From NCBI GenBank assembly GCA_016839765.1, contig JAEOTP010000007.1, positions 96,151 through 160,150 on the forward strand: DNA of 64,000 nucleotides. Direction: 5' to 3'. This DNA is from Promethearchaeota archaeon (GTDB lineage Archaea > Asgardarchaeota > Lokiarchaeia > Sigyniarchaeales > SOKP01). A program made the position numbers and the translations under genes. Shown in pieces: positions 29,802 through 40,113 of this stretch. The notes beneath the pieces were generated by a model. That model was not told where the DNA came from, did no database searches, and worked only from the letters and a program-made list of their open reading frames with translations. Position 1 is the stretch's first letter; the number at the start of each line of letters is the position of its first letter.

Positions 29802-32800
29802 TTGATACCTATGAAAAAAAATTTTATCAATCTAAAAAAAATACTTATTACAACAGTACTAATAATAACTGTATTAACACCGGTTTTTGGAATTAATGCT
29901 TTTTTCAGTCAAAATAGACTTTCTGGGGAAAACCTGAAGTTTGATATTAATACTTTAAATTTACCTTCAGAATTACAATCAATCTCAAAATCTTCTATTC
30001 AAAATTTAGACTCTGATAAAAGCATTTTTGATGAGGATTTAAATCAATACCTAAAGGCCAAGACTTTTGAACAAAATCCTGAAGAAAAAGTAAAAATAAT
30101 AATTTTATTTGATGACAGAACTGATAAATTGGGGAGAATTAACGCAATTAATTCAGTATTAGATAATTATGAAATGATCGCTAATTATGATATAATTCCT
30201 GGAATTTATTTATCGTGTGATCCAAATGAATTAATTTCAAAAGCAGATCAACTAAAAGAAGTTAGTTCCCTTCAAAAGATCTATAAATCAAAACTTTATA
30301 CGCTAGATTCTACCGCAAATCTAAAATCAAGCGCATTAGATAGTGGAAATTATCCCAATTGGTGGATACCAGCTATAGATGCAGAAAATCTAGTCTATGA
30401 TGGCTCTGGTGTAAGAGTTGCAGTAATTGATTCTGGTATATATGATCATCCGAATTTAAATCTTATATTAAGCCGAAATTTTGTCTATGGGGAAAGTCAA
30501 TTTGAAATAAACGATACTAATGGACATGGTACACATTGCGCGGGGATAATTGGTGGTGATGGAAGTAGTTCAGGTGGAGAATATAGAGGGGTTGCTCCGG
30601 GGGTATCCTTAATTAACGCAAGAGCGGGAAATGCTGCGGGATATTTAGAAGAAGGTGATATTATTAGTGCAATTAATTGGAGTGTTCATCCTGCTGGTGC
30701 TGATGCAGATATAATTTCCATGAGTTTTGGAGGTGGCTTTCCGGATCCTAATGAACCTTTCACAAAAGCAATTGAGAGTGCTGCTCAAAACTATGGAGTA
30801 ATCCTGGTATCATCAGCAGGTAATTCTGGTCCAGACTACCTTACTGGTGGTTCACCGGCTTCAGGGTCTTATATAATTTCAGTAGGAGCTAGTGATAGCG
30901 ATAACGAACTTGCTTCTTTTAGTAGTTGGGGCCCGACATATTCTTATATAGGGTTTCCTGATGTACTAGCACCGGGAGTAGATATTATTTCAACAGAAGC
31001 ACCAAACACAGTGATTTCTGATGAACAACGCTATAAGCAAGAATTTTTTGATTACTCAGGTAATGCAGATTATATCCCTCTAAGTGGAACAAGTATGGCT
31101 TGCCCCATGGTGGCTGGAGCATTGGCGATTTTAAAAGATGCTTATCCCACCATTAATCCTGGGACTGCAAGGATTGCCTTGTTAGAAGGAGCGACAAAAT
31201 TAGCAGAGCATAATTTCCTGAAATATGGTGCTGGAATCATTAATGTTTCTAAATCATTAGAAATTCTAAACCAAATCAGCATAGAAAGAGGGAATGTAAA
31301 TAATATCACTAAAATATTTCCAGATGAAATACCACTTAAACCATATGACTTATTACATTTCCCAGGTGATCATCAAACATTCAATTTGACTTTACTTGCA
31401 GGTATAGGGATTACATATGATATAAATATCCCATCTGATATTGAAGGACTCTCAGTTTCTTTAGATAAACCTCAAATACTGTTTACTAATGTAAGTGTTG
31501 GTTTTATTACACTTGATATTAAAATAAATATGGATGCGGAACCTGGTATTAGAACATTTGAACTAAATGTAACTTCAGGATCTACGTTATATGATTCAAT
31601 TGAGATTTCAATTAATGTGAAACTACCAGAATACAAAATACTGATGGAATCATATCATGGTTTAAATGATTGGTTTCCGGAACTTTCTTTTTATCAAATG
31701 AGATTTTATGATGCAATGGATTACCTTTCAGAATTAAATATTTCAATTGATTATGGTGCAGAATATTGGATGCCTTACTATAATAAGGATACTGATAATA
31801 CATTATTAACTGAAGAAAAATTAGCTCAATACGATTTAATCGTATTACAGAATCCAATATTGCCTTTTAGTCCATTGGAGATGAACAATATTAAAGACTA
31901 TTTTGATAATGGAGGTAATATTCTTTTCCTGGGGACAAGATATCAAGATCTTTGTTCAGAGAATCTAAATGAATTATTTAATCATCTTCAGCTTGGTCTT
32001 CAAATTAATGAGGAAAATATAGACTACACTACTTGGTTAGGAATTGGATTCCAGACAAACATGGGAAGTGTTACTAATTTAAATTCCTCTGTAATTTTTG
32101 ATGAAGTTGATAAATTCGCATGGTCTTATGGAAATACATTTACTACTTTGGGAAATATAGACTCGATTGCTTCAATTGGTGATAGAACCGTTGCGGCAGC
32201 TTATGATGAGTCATCTCCAGGGAAAGGGAAATTTGTTGCATTTGGCGATCTACATTGGTTAACAAATTCTTTTACAGAATCAAATTATCAACAAGATCAC
32301 ACTAATTTGCTTACTAATTTAATGGGGGACTTTTTTGGCCAAGAAGATATCTCTATTAAATTAGCATTAAATTCGGAATGGACATCAAATCCTCAAATCA
32401 ATTTTTCTGTGTATGTAAAAGATCAAATAGCAGATATTCCTATAGCTTCTATTATATTAAATTCTAATTTGACTTTAACTGTCGAGAATGATGGATATTT
32501 AGAAAAGATAGCATTAAATTCGCTTTCCGATGGAATTGCTGTAAATTATACCTATAGTTTGCCAAAATCAAGTGATAAACCTTATGTAATTACCCTAAAC
32601 TTAACTTTAGGTTCGAAAGTATACAGTAAAACAACGAAAGTGCTCTATTACGATATTAATAAAATGCCTCAGATCAATTCACTATCAATGGATAATTCAG
32701 TTTTCAGAGATGGTAGTCCATTATCAATTACAGCTCAGTTAGATCAAGCAAATTATGATGTTACGGCATATTTGAGTTTATATTCTTACGGAGTTGATTA

Positions 32801-33821
32801 TTATGATACTTTTTATTATTTAACTCATCCTCTCTATAATTCTAGGAAAACTCTGAATAAGACGCTTAATAATTTTAACAATAATCCACCAACGACATAT
32901 ACTACAAGTTATACTCCTACTATGAATGATCCTGCAGGATTTGCAATTATTTATATAGTACCAAAAAATACAACATCGAATTACTATAATCCTTTTTCAC
33001 AGCGTTATAAATCCTCGATTTTAAATAGCCCTCCTGAATTTGATGAATTTAATTCAACATTTACAATTGATGATTCTATAGAAATAACATTTGATGAATC
33101 AACTTCATATATGTATCAAGTAACTCAAGGGGATCTCATTAATTTCAGAGTTGACACCTATGATTCAGTCTTTTATGAAGATCAAGATAGTTCTAATATG
33201 CATGTTTTCGTTAACTTTTTCATGTGCACTGTTGTACAATTTGGGGGGGATAATTATATAATATTAATTTTTCCAAATGTATTTCCTCTAACAGAACTTA
33301 GTTATCAAAGTGCTTCTGATACTCATCATGGAACGTTTGAAATTCCTTATAATGTACAATATTCAACTATTAGTGGAATAAAATCAATTTCGACAGAAAC
33401 AAATTTTGATCAATATACCTATGAAGGATATTTAGCAGTATTATGGATTACTGTAATAGATAGTGATGGTGGGACTAATGTATTTATTATTGCGCTCGAT
33501 ATTCAACCAGGTCCCGTCCCCTTTGATTTAGTCTTTGCATTAGTTATAGCAGTTATAGTAATAGTAAGCGTTTTGATAGTTTTGATGCTGGTGTTAAGAA
33601 AGATGAAGAAATCACGAAAAGTAAGCAAAGAAGCTCCGCATGAGTATTATCAACCTTACACGCCACAGGAATACAAACCATATCAACCTTCAGGAGATCA
33701 AGATACAATAACACCTATTTACCAAAGGTCATTAGGCTTTTGCCCTTATTGTGGATACAAACTAGGGACACTCAAAAATTTCTGTCCAAATTGTGGAAAA
33801 CCACTTCAATTTAAGGATTAA
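29802..33821 (+). CDS. Membrane-anchored S8 subtilisin-like serine protease (site-1-protease-like architecture) with cytoplasmic zinc ribbon
   Basis: Signal peptide, propeptide, VAVIDSG, HGTHCAG, AGNSG, GTSMACP, C-terminal TM, CPYCG..CPNCG. Confidence 0.9.
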   Translation: MIPMKKNFINLKKILITTVLIITVLTPVFGINAFFSQNRLSGENLKFDINTLNLPSELQSISKSSIQNLDSDKSIFDEDLNQYLKAKTFEQNPEEKVKIIILFDDRTDKLGRINAINSVLDNYEMIANYDIIPGIYLSCDPNELISKADQLKEVSSLQKIYKSKLYTLDSTANLKSSALDSGNYPNWWIPAIDAENLVYDGSGVRVAVIDSGIYDHPNLNLILSRNFVYGESQFEINDTNGHGTHCAGIIGGDGSSSGGEYRGVAPGVSLINARAGNAAGYLEEGDIISAINWSVHPAGADADIISMSFGGGFPDPNEPFTKAIESAAQNYGVILVSSAGNSGPDYLTGGSPASGSYIISVGASDSDNELASFSSWGPTYSYIGFPDVLAPGVDIISTEAPNTVISDEQRYKQEFFDYSGNADYIPLSGTSMACPMVAGALAILKDAYPTINPGTARIALLEGATKLAEHNFLKYGAGIINVSKSLEILNQISIERGNVNNITKIFPDEIPLKPYDLLHFPGDHQTFNLTLLAGIGITYDINIPSDIEGLSVSLDKPQILFTNVSVGFITLDIKINMDAEPGIRTFELNVTSGSTLYDSIEISINVKLPEYKILMESYHGLNDWFPELSFYQMRFYDAMDYLSELNISIDYGAEYWMPYYNKDTDNTLLTEEKLAQYDLIVLQNPILPFSPLEMNNIKDYFDNGGNILFLGTRYQDLCSENLNELFNHLQLGLQINEENIDYTTWLGIGFQTNMGSVTNLNSSVIFDEVDKFAWSYGNTFTTLGNIDSIASIGDRTVAAAYDESSPGKGKFVAFGDLHWLTNSFTESNYQQDHTNLLTNLMGDFFGQEDISIKLALNSEWTSNPQINFSVYVKDQIADIPIASIILNSNLTLTVENDGYLEKIALNSLSDGIAVNYTYSLPKSSDKPYVITLNLTLGSKVYSKTTKVLYYDINKMPQINSLSMDNSVFRDGSPLSITAQLDQANYDVTAYLSLYSYGVDYYDTFYYLTHPLYNSRKTLNKTLNNFNNNPPTTYTTSYTPTMNDPAGFAIIYIVPKNTTSNYYNPFSQRYKSSILNSPPEFDEFNSTFTIDDSIEITFDESTSYMYQVTQGDLINFRVDTYDSVFYEDQDSSNMHVFVNFFMCTVVQFGGDNYIILIFPNVFPLTELSYQSASDTHHGTFEIPYNVQYSTISGIKSISTETNFDQYTYEGYLAVLWITVIDSDGGTNVFIIALDIQPGPVPFDLVFALVIAVIVIVSVLIVLMLVLRKMKKSRKVSKEAPHEYYQPYTPQEYKPYQPSGDQDTITPIYQRSLGFCPYCGYKLGTLKNFCPNCGKPLQFKD

Positions 33822-33867
33822 ATATCCTCTTTTTTATTTTTAATTTTTAATCTTTCCTTATTTATTT

Positions 33868-34569
33868 TTAAATAACTAAAACAGTTCCATCTTTTTGTCC
33901 TATATAAGCTTTTGAGGCCATTTTTATAAATAGCCCACAATCCACTACTCCAGGTATGCTTAAAAGTTTTTTTTCCAGTTCCATTGGATTTTGTATAATA
34001 CCAAAATCAACATCTATGATAAAATTCCCATTATCAGTTATTAAAGGTCCAGATTTTGCTTTAGCCATCCTAAGTTTAGGTTTTCCACCTAATAATTCCA
34101 TTTTTTTCATAATGGGAGTGTATGCCATCGGAATAACTTCAACTGGAACTCCAAATCTCCAATTTTCTCCTAAACTTTCTGACTTTTTTCTGAAGTCTGC
34201 TATAATCACTAACTTTTTTGAATTAGAAGCAAGAATTTTTTCTTGAACTAAACAACCCCCTCCTCCCTTTATTAAATTTAGTTTTTTATCAATTTCATCA
34301 GCGCCATCAATATCTAAATCAATTTCAAGGAATTGATCGAGAGATGCTAGAGTTAATCCATTTTCCAAAATTAATTGATAAGATTGGAAGGAAGAAGGAA
34401 TGCATTTTAAGTTCAAATTATTTTCTTTATTTAATTCGGCTATTTTTCTTACAGCATATACAATTGTAGAACCACTACCGATACCAATAACCATATTACT
34501 TTTTACATTATCTTCCACCGCTTTTATAGCAGCTTTTTTTTTCCCAATTTCTATTAAATCATCACTCAT
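33868..34569 (-). CDS. rpiA: Ribose-5-phosphate isomerase A
   Basis: GIGSGST, DGADE, IKGGGG, EKI, TDNGN, IPGVVDCGLF. Confidence 0.95.
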   Translation of the reverse strand: MSDDLIEIGKKKAAIKAVEDNVKSNMVIGIGSGSTIVYAVRKIAELNKENNLNLKCIPSSFQSYQLILENGLTLASLDQFLEIDLDIDGADEIDKKLNLIKGGGGCLVQEKILASNSKKLVIIADFRKKSESLGENWRFGVPVEVIPMAYTPIMKKMELLGGKPKLRMAKAKSGPLITDNGNFIIDVDFGIIQNPMELEKKLLSIPGVVDCGLFIKMASKAYIGQKDGTVLVI

Positions 34570-34589
34570 CTAAATCATCCCTAACCTTA

Positions 34590-35006
34590 TTATAATAAAT
34601 TCAAAATTCTTAAGGCTAAATAAGCTGCATTATCACCTCTATCGATTCCCACACATGCTACTGGAACCCGAGGAGGCATCTGAACAATTGATAATAAAGC
34701 ATCTAATCCTCCCAATTTTGCACTAACAGGAACTCCAATTACAGGTTTTTCTGTTTTAGATGCTATTACTCCTGGTAATGCTGCAGATAAACCCGCAACG
34801 GCAATATAAACTAATGCTTTACAAGACTTTAAATAATCATCTAATTTCTCTGGATCTCGATGAGCAGAAATTATTTGCAAATCATAAGGTATATTGTTCT
34901 CTTTTAAAATTTTTTCAGCCTTCTCATAAACCTCCTTATCAGATGTACTACCCGCAATTATTGAAACTAGTGTTTTATTTTCATTATTTGCGCGTGAATT
35001 AGTCAT
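34590..35006 (-). CDS. purE: N5-carboxyaminoimidazole ribonucleotide mutase / AIR carboxylase
   Basis: [38 protein letters not shown]. Confidence 0.93.
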   Translation of the reverse strand: MTNSRANNENKTLVSIIAGSTSDKEVYEKAEKILKENNIPYDLQIISAHRDPEKLDDYLKSCKALVYIAVAGLSAALPGVIASKTEKPVIGVPVSAKLGGLDALLSIVQMPPRVPVACVGIDRGDNAAYLALRILNLL

Positions 35007-35216
35007 ATTTTATCTAAAATTTTTAATAATAAAAATAATTCTAAAACAGCCTTAATAATTACATATTAAATTATCAAAAAGATTAATAAAATTATCAATA
35101 TTTCCACTTTCCATTATCAAAAACTTTAATATCTCTTTATAATTTCTTATTGCAAAATACAAAATTAATTAGAAATAAATTAAAAACACGTTAAAAATTA
35201 AGAGGTTTAATCTAAA

Positions 35217-36527
35217 ATGGAAACTAAAGAAGTATGGCTTATTGATTACGCCAGAACAGCTTTTTCTCGATCAAGACCAGGAGCTCCTGAGCGGGATGTA
35301 TTTGGAGACCAAAGAGCAGATGAATTAGTTGCTCAATTATTAATGAAATTTTTTGATGAAAAGTTAGCAAAAAAAGGGATTGAAAAGAAGGATGTTGATG
35401 AATATGTTGTTGGAGCGGCTATGGGTGTTGGAGAGAATTGGACTTATGGGGGTCGATTGCCTCTTTTTATGGCAAGCTTTCCAGTTACAACTCCTGGATT
35501 GTTCGTAGATCGTCAATGTGGTAGCGCTGGATCCGCTTTCCATGTAGGAGCTATGGAAATTATGACTGGGTATAGTAAATGTACATTAGCCATGGGCTTT
35601 GAACATATGACTCGTATAGGTATGGATTTAAAAAGTAATCCACATATTAAACCTAACTTACTAATGATTAACAAAAGTAGTAAATGGTATCGACCAGAAT
35701 ATGATCTTTTGACTACAACTAATATGATTTCAACAGCCCAAAAGTTGTATGAATATCTTACTCCTGCGTATACAAAAGAAGATTTAGATAAATTTGGAGT
35801 AAGAAGTCATAATTTAACTGTTGAGAATCAGGAAAAAGGATGGTTTGATGGTGAAATTATCCCAATTGAAGGTTATAAAGCTGGCAATCCTGAAGAAAAA
35901 ATGATGATTACAAAAGATATGGCTGCTCGAAAATCTGATTTAGCAACTGTTGCAGGATTACGACGCCTTTCTAAACCATTTTATTTAAAGAAAAATTGGA
36001 AAGGGGAAGATATAGGAGGAAAGCAAGGATATATTGAAAGAGAAGGCGGGAAAGACGGCGTAATTACACCAGGTAATTCTAGTCCTCTAAATGCAGGTGC
36101 TACCGCTACTGTACTAATGGAAGCTGAAGAAGCTAAAAAAAGAGGGCTTGAGCCAATGGCTAGAGTAGTAAGTATAGGCTGGGCAGGAGTAGATCCGACA
36201 ATTATGGGATGGGGGCCAATTCCTGCATCTGAAATGGCTTTAAAGCATGCTGGATTAACAGCTGATCAAATTGATTACTGGGAAATTAATGAAGCTTTTA
36301 CAGTCGTAACACTTGGGTGTATGCATTATTTTAACATTCCTGAAGAAAAAGTTAACATTATGGGAGGTGCAACTGCTATTGGACATCCATTAGGCGCTAC
36401 AATGGTTAGATTACCAGGTACACTTGCCCGCATCCTTAATGATAAAAAAGCTAAATATGGAATAGCTAATGCATGTTGTGGTGGCGGTCAAGGAGTAGCA
36501 ATTCTACTTGAAAACCTTAACGTATAA
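35217..36527 (+). CDS. Acetyl-CoA C-acyltransferase (thiolase)
   Basis: DRQCGS, EINEAF, GHPLGATM, CCGGGQG. Confidence 0.93.
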   Translation: METKEVWLIDYARTAFSRSRPGAPERDVFGDQRADELVAQLLMKFFDEKLAKKGIEKKDVDEYVVGAAMGVGENWTYGGRLPLFMASFPVTTPGLFVDRQCGSAGSAFHVGAMEIMTGYSKCTLAMGFEHMTRIGMDLKSNPHIKPNLLMINKSSKWYRPEYDLLTTTNMISTAQKLYEYLTPAYTKEDLDKFGVRSHNLTVENQEKGWFDGEIIPIEGYKAGNPEEKMMITKDMAARKSDLATVAGLRRLSKPFYLKKNWKGEDIGGKQGYIEREGGKDGVITPGNSSPLNAGATATVLMEAEEAKKRGLEPMARVVSIGWAGVDPTIMGWGPIPASEMALKHAGLTADQIDYWEINEAFTVVTLGCMHYFNIPEEKVNIMGGATAIGHPLGATMVRLPGTLARILNDKKAKYGIANACCGGGQGVAILLENLNV

Positions 36528-36597
36528 GACTAGACCCTGCTTTTTAATAATTTTTTTTTTTAAATTATTTGTTAATATATTGATGAAATTATTCTAA

Positions 36598-37215
36598 TTA
36601 AAATCGTTCTCCACATTTATCACAGAATTTAGCTCCCACTCTATTAAAATTACCGCATTTTTTACAAATTATATGGGACTCAATTTTTTGTGATTCATTT
36701 TCAAAAGCATTTATTTTTAAAATTTCTAATTTCTGGCGAATATCTCTTGATGCTTGAAGAGCATATGTAAAATTCTTATTATAACTTAAAGCTTTTTCAT
36801 AATATTGTAATGCAGTCTCTAACTCCCCTTTTTGAACTTCATACAACAAACCTATGTTATAATAGCAATACATATAATCAGGTTTTATTTGAATTGCTCT
36901 CTTATAAGCAATTAAAGCATCTTCAGTTTTATTTAGATTGAAATATGCAATACCTAAATTATACCACGCTCTATAATTATTAGGATCTAAATCAATGATT
37001 TTATTAAAACATTCAGCAGCTTTCTCATAATCAAGCACCCATTCGTCATTAAGGTGCCCTCCATAATCAAATAAAACTTCAACGAGAACACTTTTAACAA
37101 TTTCAGAATGGCGATCATTTTCAAAAAGGGGCTCTAAAATTTTTAAAGCATCTTCAAATTTCTCCTTTTTCTTAAACTCGATTGCTTTATTTATAAGATC
37201 TTTTTGTTGAGACAA
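36598..37215 (-). CDS. TPR-repeat protein with C-terminal zinc ribbon
   Basis: AWYNLGIAY, YYNIGLLY TPRs; CKKCG..FCDKCG. Confidence 0.85.
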   Translation of the reverse strand: MSQQKDLINKAIEFKKKEKFEDALKILEPLFENDRHSEIVKSVLVEVLFDYGGHLNDEWVLDYEKAAECFNKIIDLDPNNYRAWYNLGIAYFNLNKTEDALIAYKRAIQIKPDYMYCYYNIGLLYEVQKGELETALQYYEKALSYNKNFTYALQASRDIRQKLEILKINAFENESQKIESHIICKKCGNFNRVGAKFCDKCGERF

Positions 37216-37499
37216 GATAATTTCTCAAGTAATAGAATTATTTAAATTCTAATAATGAAGAAATATCTATTAATTATATCATTATCATTTATTCAAAAAT
37301 AATATCTAAAGTAAATTTTTCCTATGTACTAAATCATCACTATTAAATTTGCACAGCTTGATCAAAGCAAACCATACTATAAACGATTAAATACATTTTA
37401 TTTGGTTAAATTATAGAAATGTTTAAATATAAAACTATTACATTATGACTTACACAAGAAATCAATGAAAATTACTTTAATTAGAAAGGTGAAATGAAA

Positions 37500-37706
37500 A
37501 TGCCCGTTTATAAAAGTATACAACTTGTTGGAACTAGCGATAAGAATTGGGCTGATGCAGTTAAAAATTGTTACGATGAAGCAAAGAAATCTCTACGGGG
37601 TATACGAAATATCCAAATTATAGAAAGTGATGTAAAGGTAAAAGAGGATCAAGATAAATTAATATATCGCGTGCGTGTGCAAGTAAATTTTCAGATCGAG
37701 CGATAA
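37500..37706 (+). CDS. Dodecin (flavin-binding protein)
   Basis: VYKSIQLVGTSDKNWADAV..A.KSLR..YRVRVQVNF; AGGTGA SD favours ATG 37500 over 37494. Confidence 0.88.
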   Translation: MPVYKSIQLVGTSDKNWADAVKNCYDEAKKSLRGIRNIQIIESDVKVKEDQDKLIYRVRVQVNFQIER

Positions 37707-37872
37707 ACCAATTCATTATGAAATAATATTAAAATTTTTTTTTTCTCTTTATTTACAAATTTACGAGTTTTCTTGACTCCTACTTTTTTAAGAATATAAT
37801 TTTAAATATATAGGTTTTTTAAAAATTAATATTTAAATGGAATGTCTTAATAGTTAATTAGTATAAATTATT

Positions 37873-37977
37873 ATGCAAATCCTCGAAGCTTATGGCGGAT
37901 ATATAATAGGTGGCCTTATACTTTTGACAATCTTAATTATCTGCTGTATTATTCATAACCGTTTAATTAAAAAATGA
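37873..37977 (+). CDS. Putative 34-aa single-pass membrane microprotein (not in ORF track)
   Basis: MQILEAYGGYIIGGLILLTILIICCIIHNRLIKK*; one TM helix followed by a basic tail. Confidence 0.5.
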   Translation: MQILEAYGGYIIGGLILLTILIICCIIHNRLIKK

Positions 37978-38008
37978 GAGTAATTAAAAGGAGGATTCGC
38001 AATCTTTT

Positions 38009-38464
38009 CTAGATTTTATTTTCATACCAAACATGTTCAGACTTTTTTGCTCCAATCTTTAAGAGAACACTTCTTAAAGCTCCATCTGAATCAGGGCAAA
38101 TAATAAAGACTTTATCATGTTTAAGTGTTTTCTTAATATATAATTGAAGTTCGCGAATGATCATTTCTTCTATACCTTTTTTGTAGGAATCTTCTTTTCT
38201 AGTTAAAACTTGGTGAATCAAAGCTCTATCGTTACCTAAATAATCTATAAAAGATGTATATGTGCCCCAGCCAACAATTTTACCATCTTCTTTAGCAATA
38301 ATCATTGAATTCCTATATTGAAGATCAAGAGCTCTTCTATTTAATTCTCTCTCAAATTTTTGCCAATGGGAATAGAAATATGATTTATTTTCAATAAAAT
38401 CTTCAAAAATTTCCTTAAGTTCATCTTTATCTAATCGTGGGTCATATCTATCGATAACAATCAT
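38009..38464 (-). CDS. GNAT-family acetyltransferase-like protein
   Basis: IIAKEDGKIVGW, IHQVLT...KKGI motif A-like segment. Confidence 0.65.
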   Translation of the reverse strand: MIVIDRYDPRLDKDELKEIFEDFIENKSYFYSHWQKFERELNRRALDLQYRNSMIIAKEDGKIVGWGTYTSFIDYLGNDRALIHQVLTRKEDSYKKGIEEMIIRELQLYIKKTLKHDKVFIICPDSDGALRSVLLKIGAKKSEHVWYENKI

Positions 38465-38597
38465 AAATAATTTTCACTTGAAAAGGAATTATTTGTCAAT
38501 GTATTATAATTCGTTTAATTAATATTAGTTTTATAAGATAATTTTTCTTTAATAAAAATTCTTTTTTATAATTTAAACTATTATAATCTAATATATT

Positions 38598-39110
38598 ATG
38601 AAGCAAAAAGATAAAGAAAAAATATCTATTCCCTTTCAAAAATTAAGAGAGGGAGTAATTCTTCCTAAAGCATCGAAACCTGGAGATGCTGGTGCTGATG
38701 CACGAATTTCCGGGTTTAAAAAAATAATTAAAAATGGTGATAAAAAAGAATTAAGTGATATTGAAACCGATTCTTATACTTTAAAACCATTAGAAAGGAT
38801 AGCATGTCCTTTAGGCTTCGCAACTGCTATTCCAGAAGGGTATTACTTTAAAGTAGTCCCTCGAAGCGGATTAGCACTATGGGAGGGAATCTCTATTGTC
38901 AATAGTCCTGGAACAATAGATTCTGGTTATAGAAATGAGTGGATGGCAATTGTAGTTAATTTATCGAATAAAGATGTTACTTTGAAAAAAGGAGATAGAA
39001 TCTGTCAAATAATTTTGGGAAAAATGCATGAGTACAAAGTTACTGAAGTGGATAGATTACCAGATTCACAACGAGGATTAGGAGGATTTGGTTCTACTGG
39101 CAAATCATAA
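38598..39110 (+). CDS. dut: Trimeric dUTP diphosphatase
   Basis: AGAD, PRSG, GTIDSGYR, GDRICQ, RGLGGFGSTG. Confidence 0.95.
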   Translation: MKQKDKEKISIPFQKLREGVILPKASKPGDAGADARISGFKKIIKNGDKKELSDIETDSYTLKPLERIACPLGFATAIPEGYYFKVVPRSGLALWEGISIVNSPGTIDSGYRNEWMAIVVNLSNKDVTLKKGDRICQIILGKMHEYKVTEVDRLPDSQRGLGGFGSTGKS

Positions 39111-39127
39111 TAATGGTGAAAAAATAG

Positions 39128-39991
39128 ATGAATACTAAAAAAATAGAAGGAACACAAATTGAGTATGGGTCTGTCCAATATACTATGTTAGGTCCATTAT
39201 GGGCGCGTGCTTCATATACGCAGAAGTACCCAGAATTGTTGGATGATAAAAAAGCTGTTGAGATTTACAATAATGTTGATATAGATCTCTCTGAGTATGA
39301 AGATTATCTACAAGAGTGGCGCGCATTAGGGTTAATGATGAGGGCAAAATGTTTCGATATTGCTTTAAAGAAATATATGGAAAAATATCCTGAAGTAACT
39401 GTCGTGAACCTTGGTTGTGGATTGGATACTACATTTTTTCGAGTAGATAATGGAAGAATCAAATGGTTTGACCTTGATCTACCTAATGCTATTGAATTTC
39501 GAAATAAATTCATTTCTGAGTCTCCTCGAAATAAATTTATTGCTAAATCTATATTAGACCATAGTTGGTTTGATGATGTTGAATTTAACAAGGAAAAGGG
39601 TATTTTTTTCATTGGTGGAGGGTTCATCTATTATTTTAAAGAGGAAGAAATAAAAGATTTATTTATAAAAATGGCACACCGCTTTCCAAAAGGTCAGATC
39701 ATCATTGATACAATTTCTAAAATTGCAATAAGGATTACGGAAAAAAGAATAAAAAAATATATAAAACAAGGTAAACTGAAGAGTGATGAAGTGCCGCATT
39801 GGATTTTTAGTGTTGGTAACCCGAAAAAAGTATTTCCTAAATGGTCGAATAAGATAAAAGTCCTAGATTGGCACTTGGGTTGGGATATAGTCTCCCAAAA
39901 TCCAAATTGGGATAAAAAAACACTTAAAATGATAAGATTGGTAAAGTTATTTAAAACTGGAAAGATAGTCTTATTAGGTTTTACTGATTAA
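39128..39991 (+). CDS. Class I SAM-dependent methyltransferase (LCM/TcmP-like)
   Basis: TMLGPLWARA, VVNLGCGLDT, WFDLDLP. Confidence 0.85.
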   Translation: MNTKKIEGTQIEYGSVQYTMLGPLWARASYTQKYPELLDDKKAVEIYNNVDIDLSEYEDYLQEWRALGLMMRAKCFDIALKKYMEKYPEVTVVNLGCGLDTTFFRVDNGRIKWFDLDLPNAIEFRNKFISESPRNKFIAKSILDHSWFDDVEFNKEKGIFFIGGGFIYYFKEEEIKDLFIKMAHRFPKGQIIIDTISKIAIRITEKRIKKYIKQGKLKSDEVPHWIFSVGNPKKVFPKWSNKIKVLDWHLGWDIVSQNPNWDKKTLKMIRLVKLFKTGKIVLLGFTD

Positions 39992-40113
39992 ATCTTTTTT
40001 ATTTTGCTAAAATTTGGTTGAATTCAATTTTTACAAAAATTCAAATTTTTTACTTTATTTGCTTTATTATAACTTTTCATAGATTTTCATATATATTCAT
40101 ATAGGTCTAAGAT

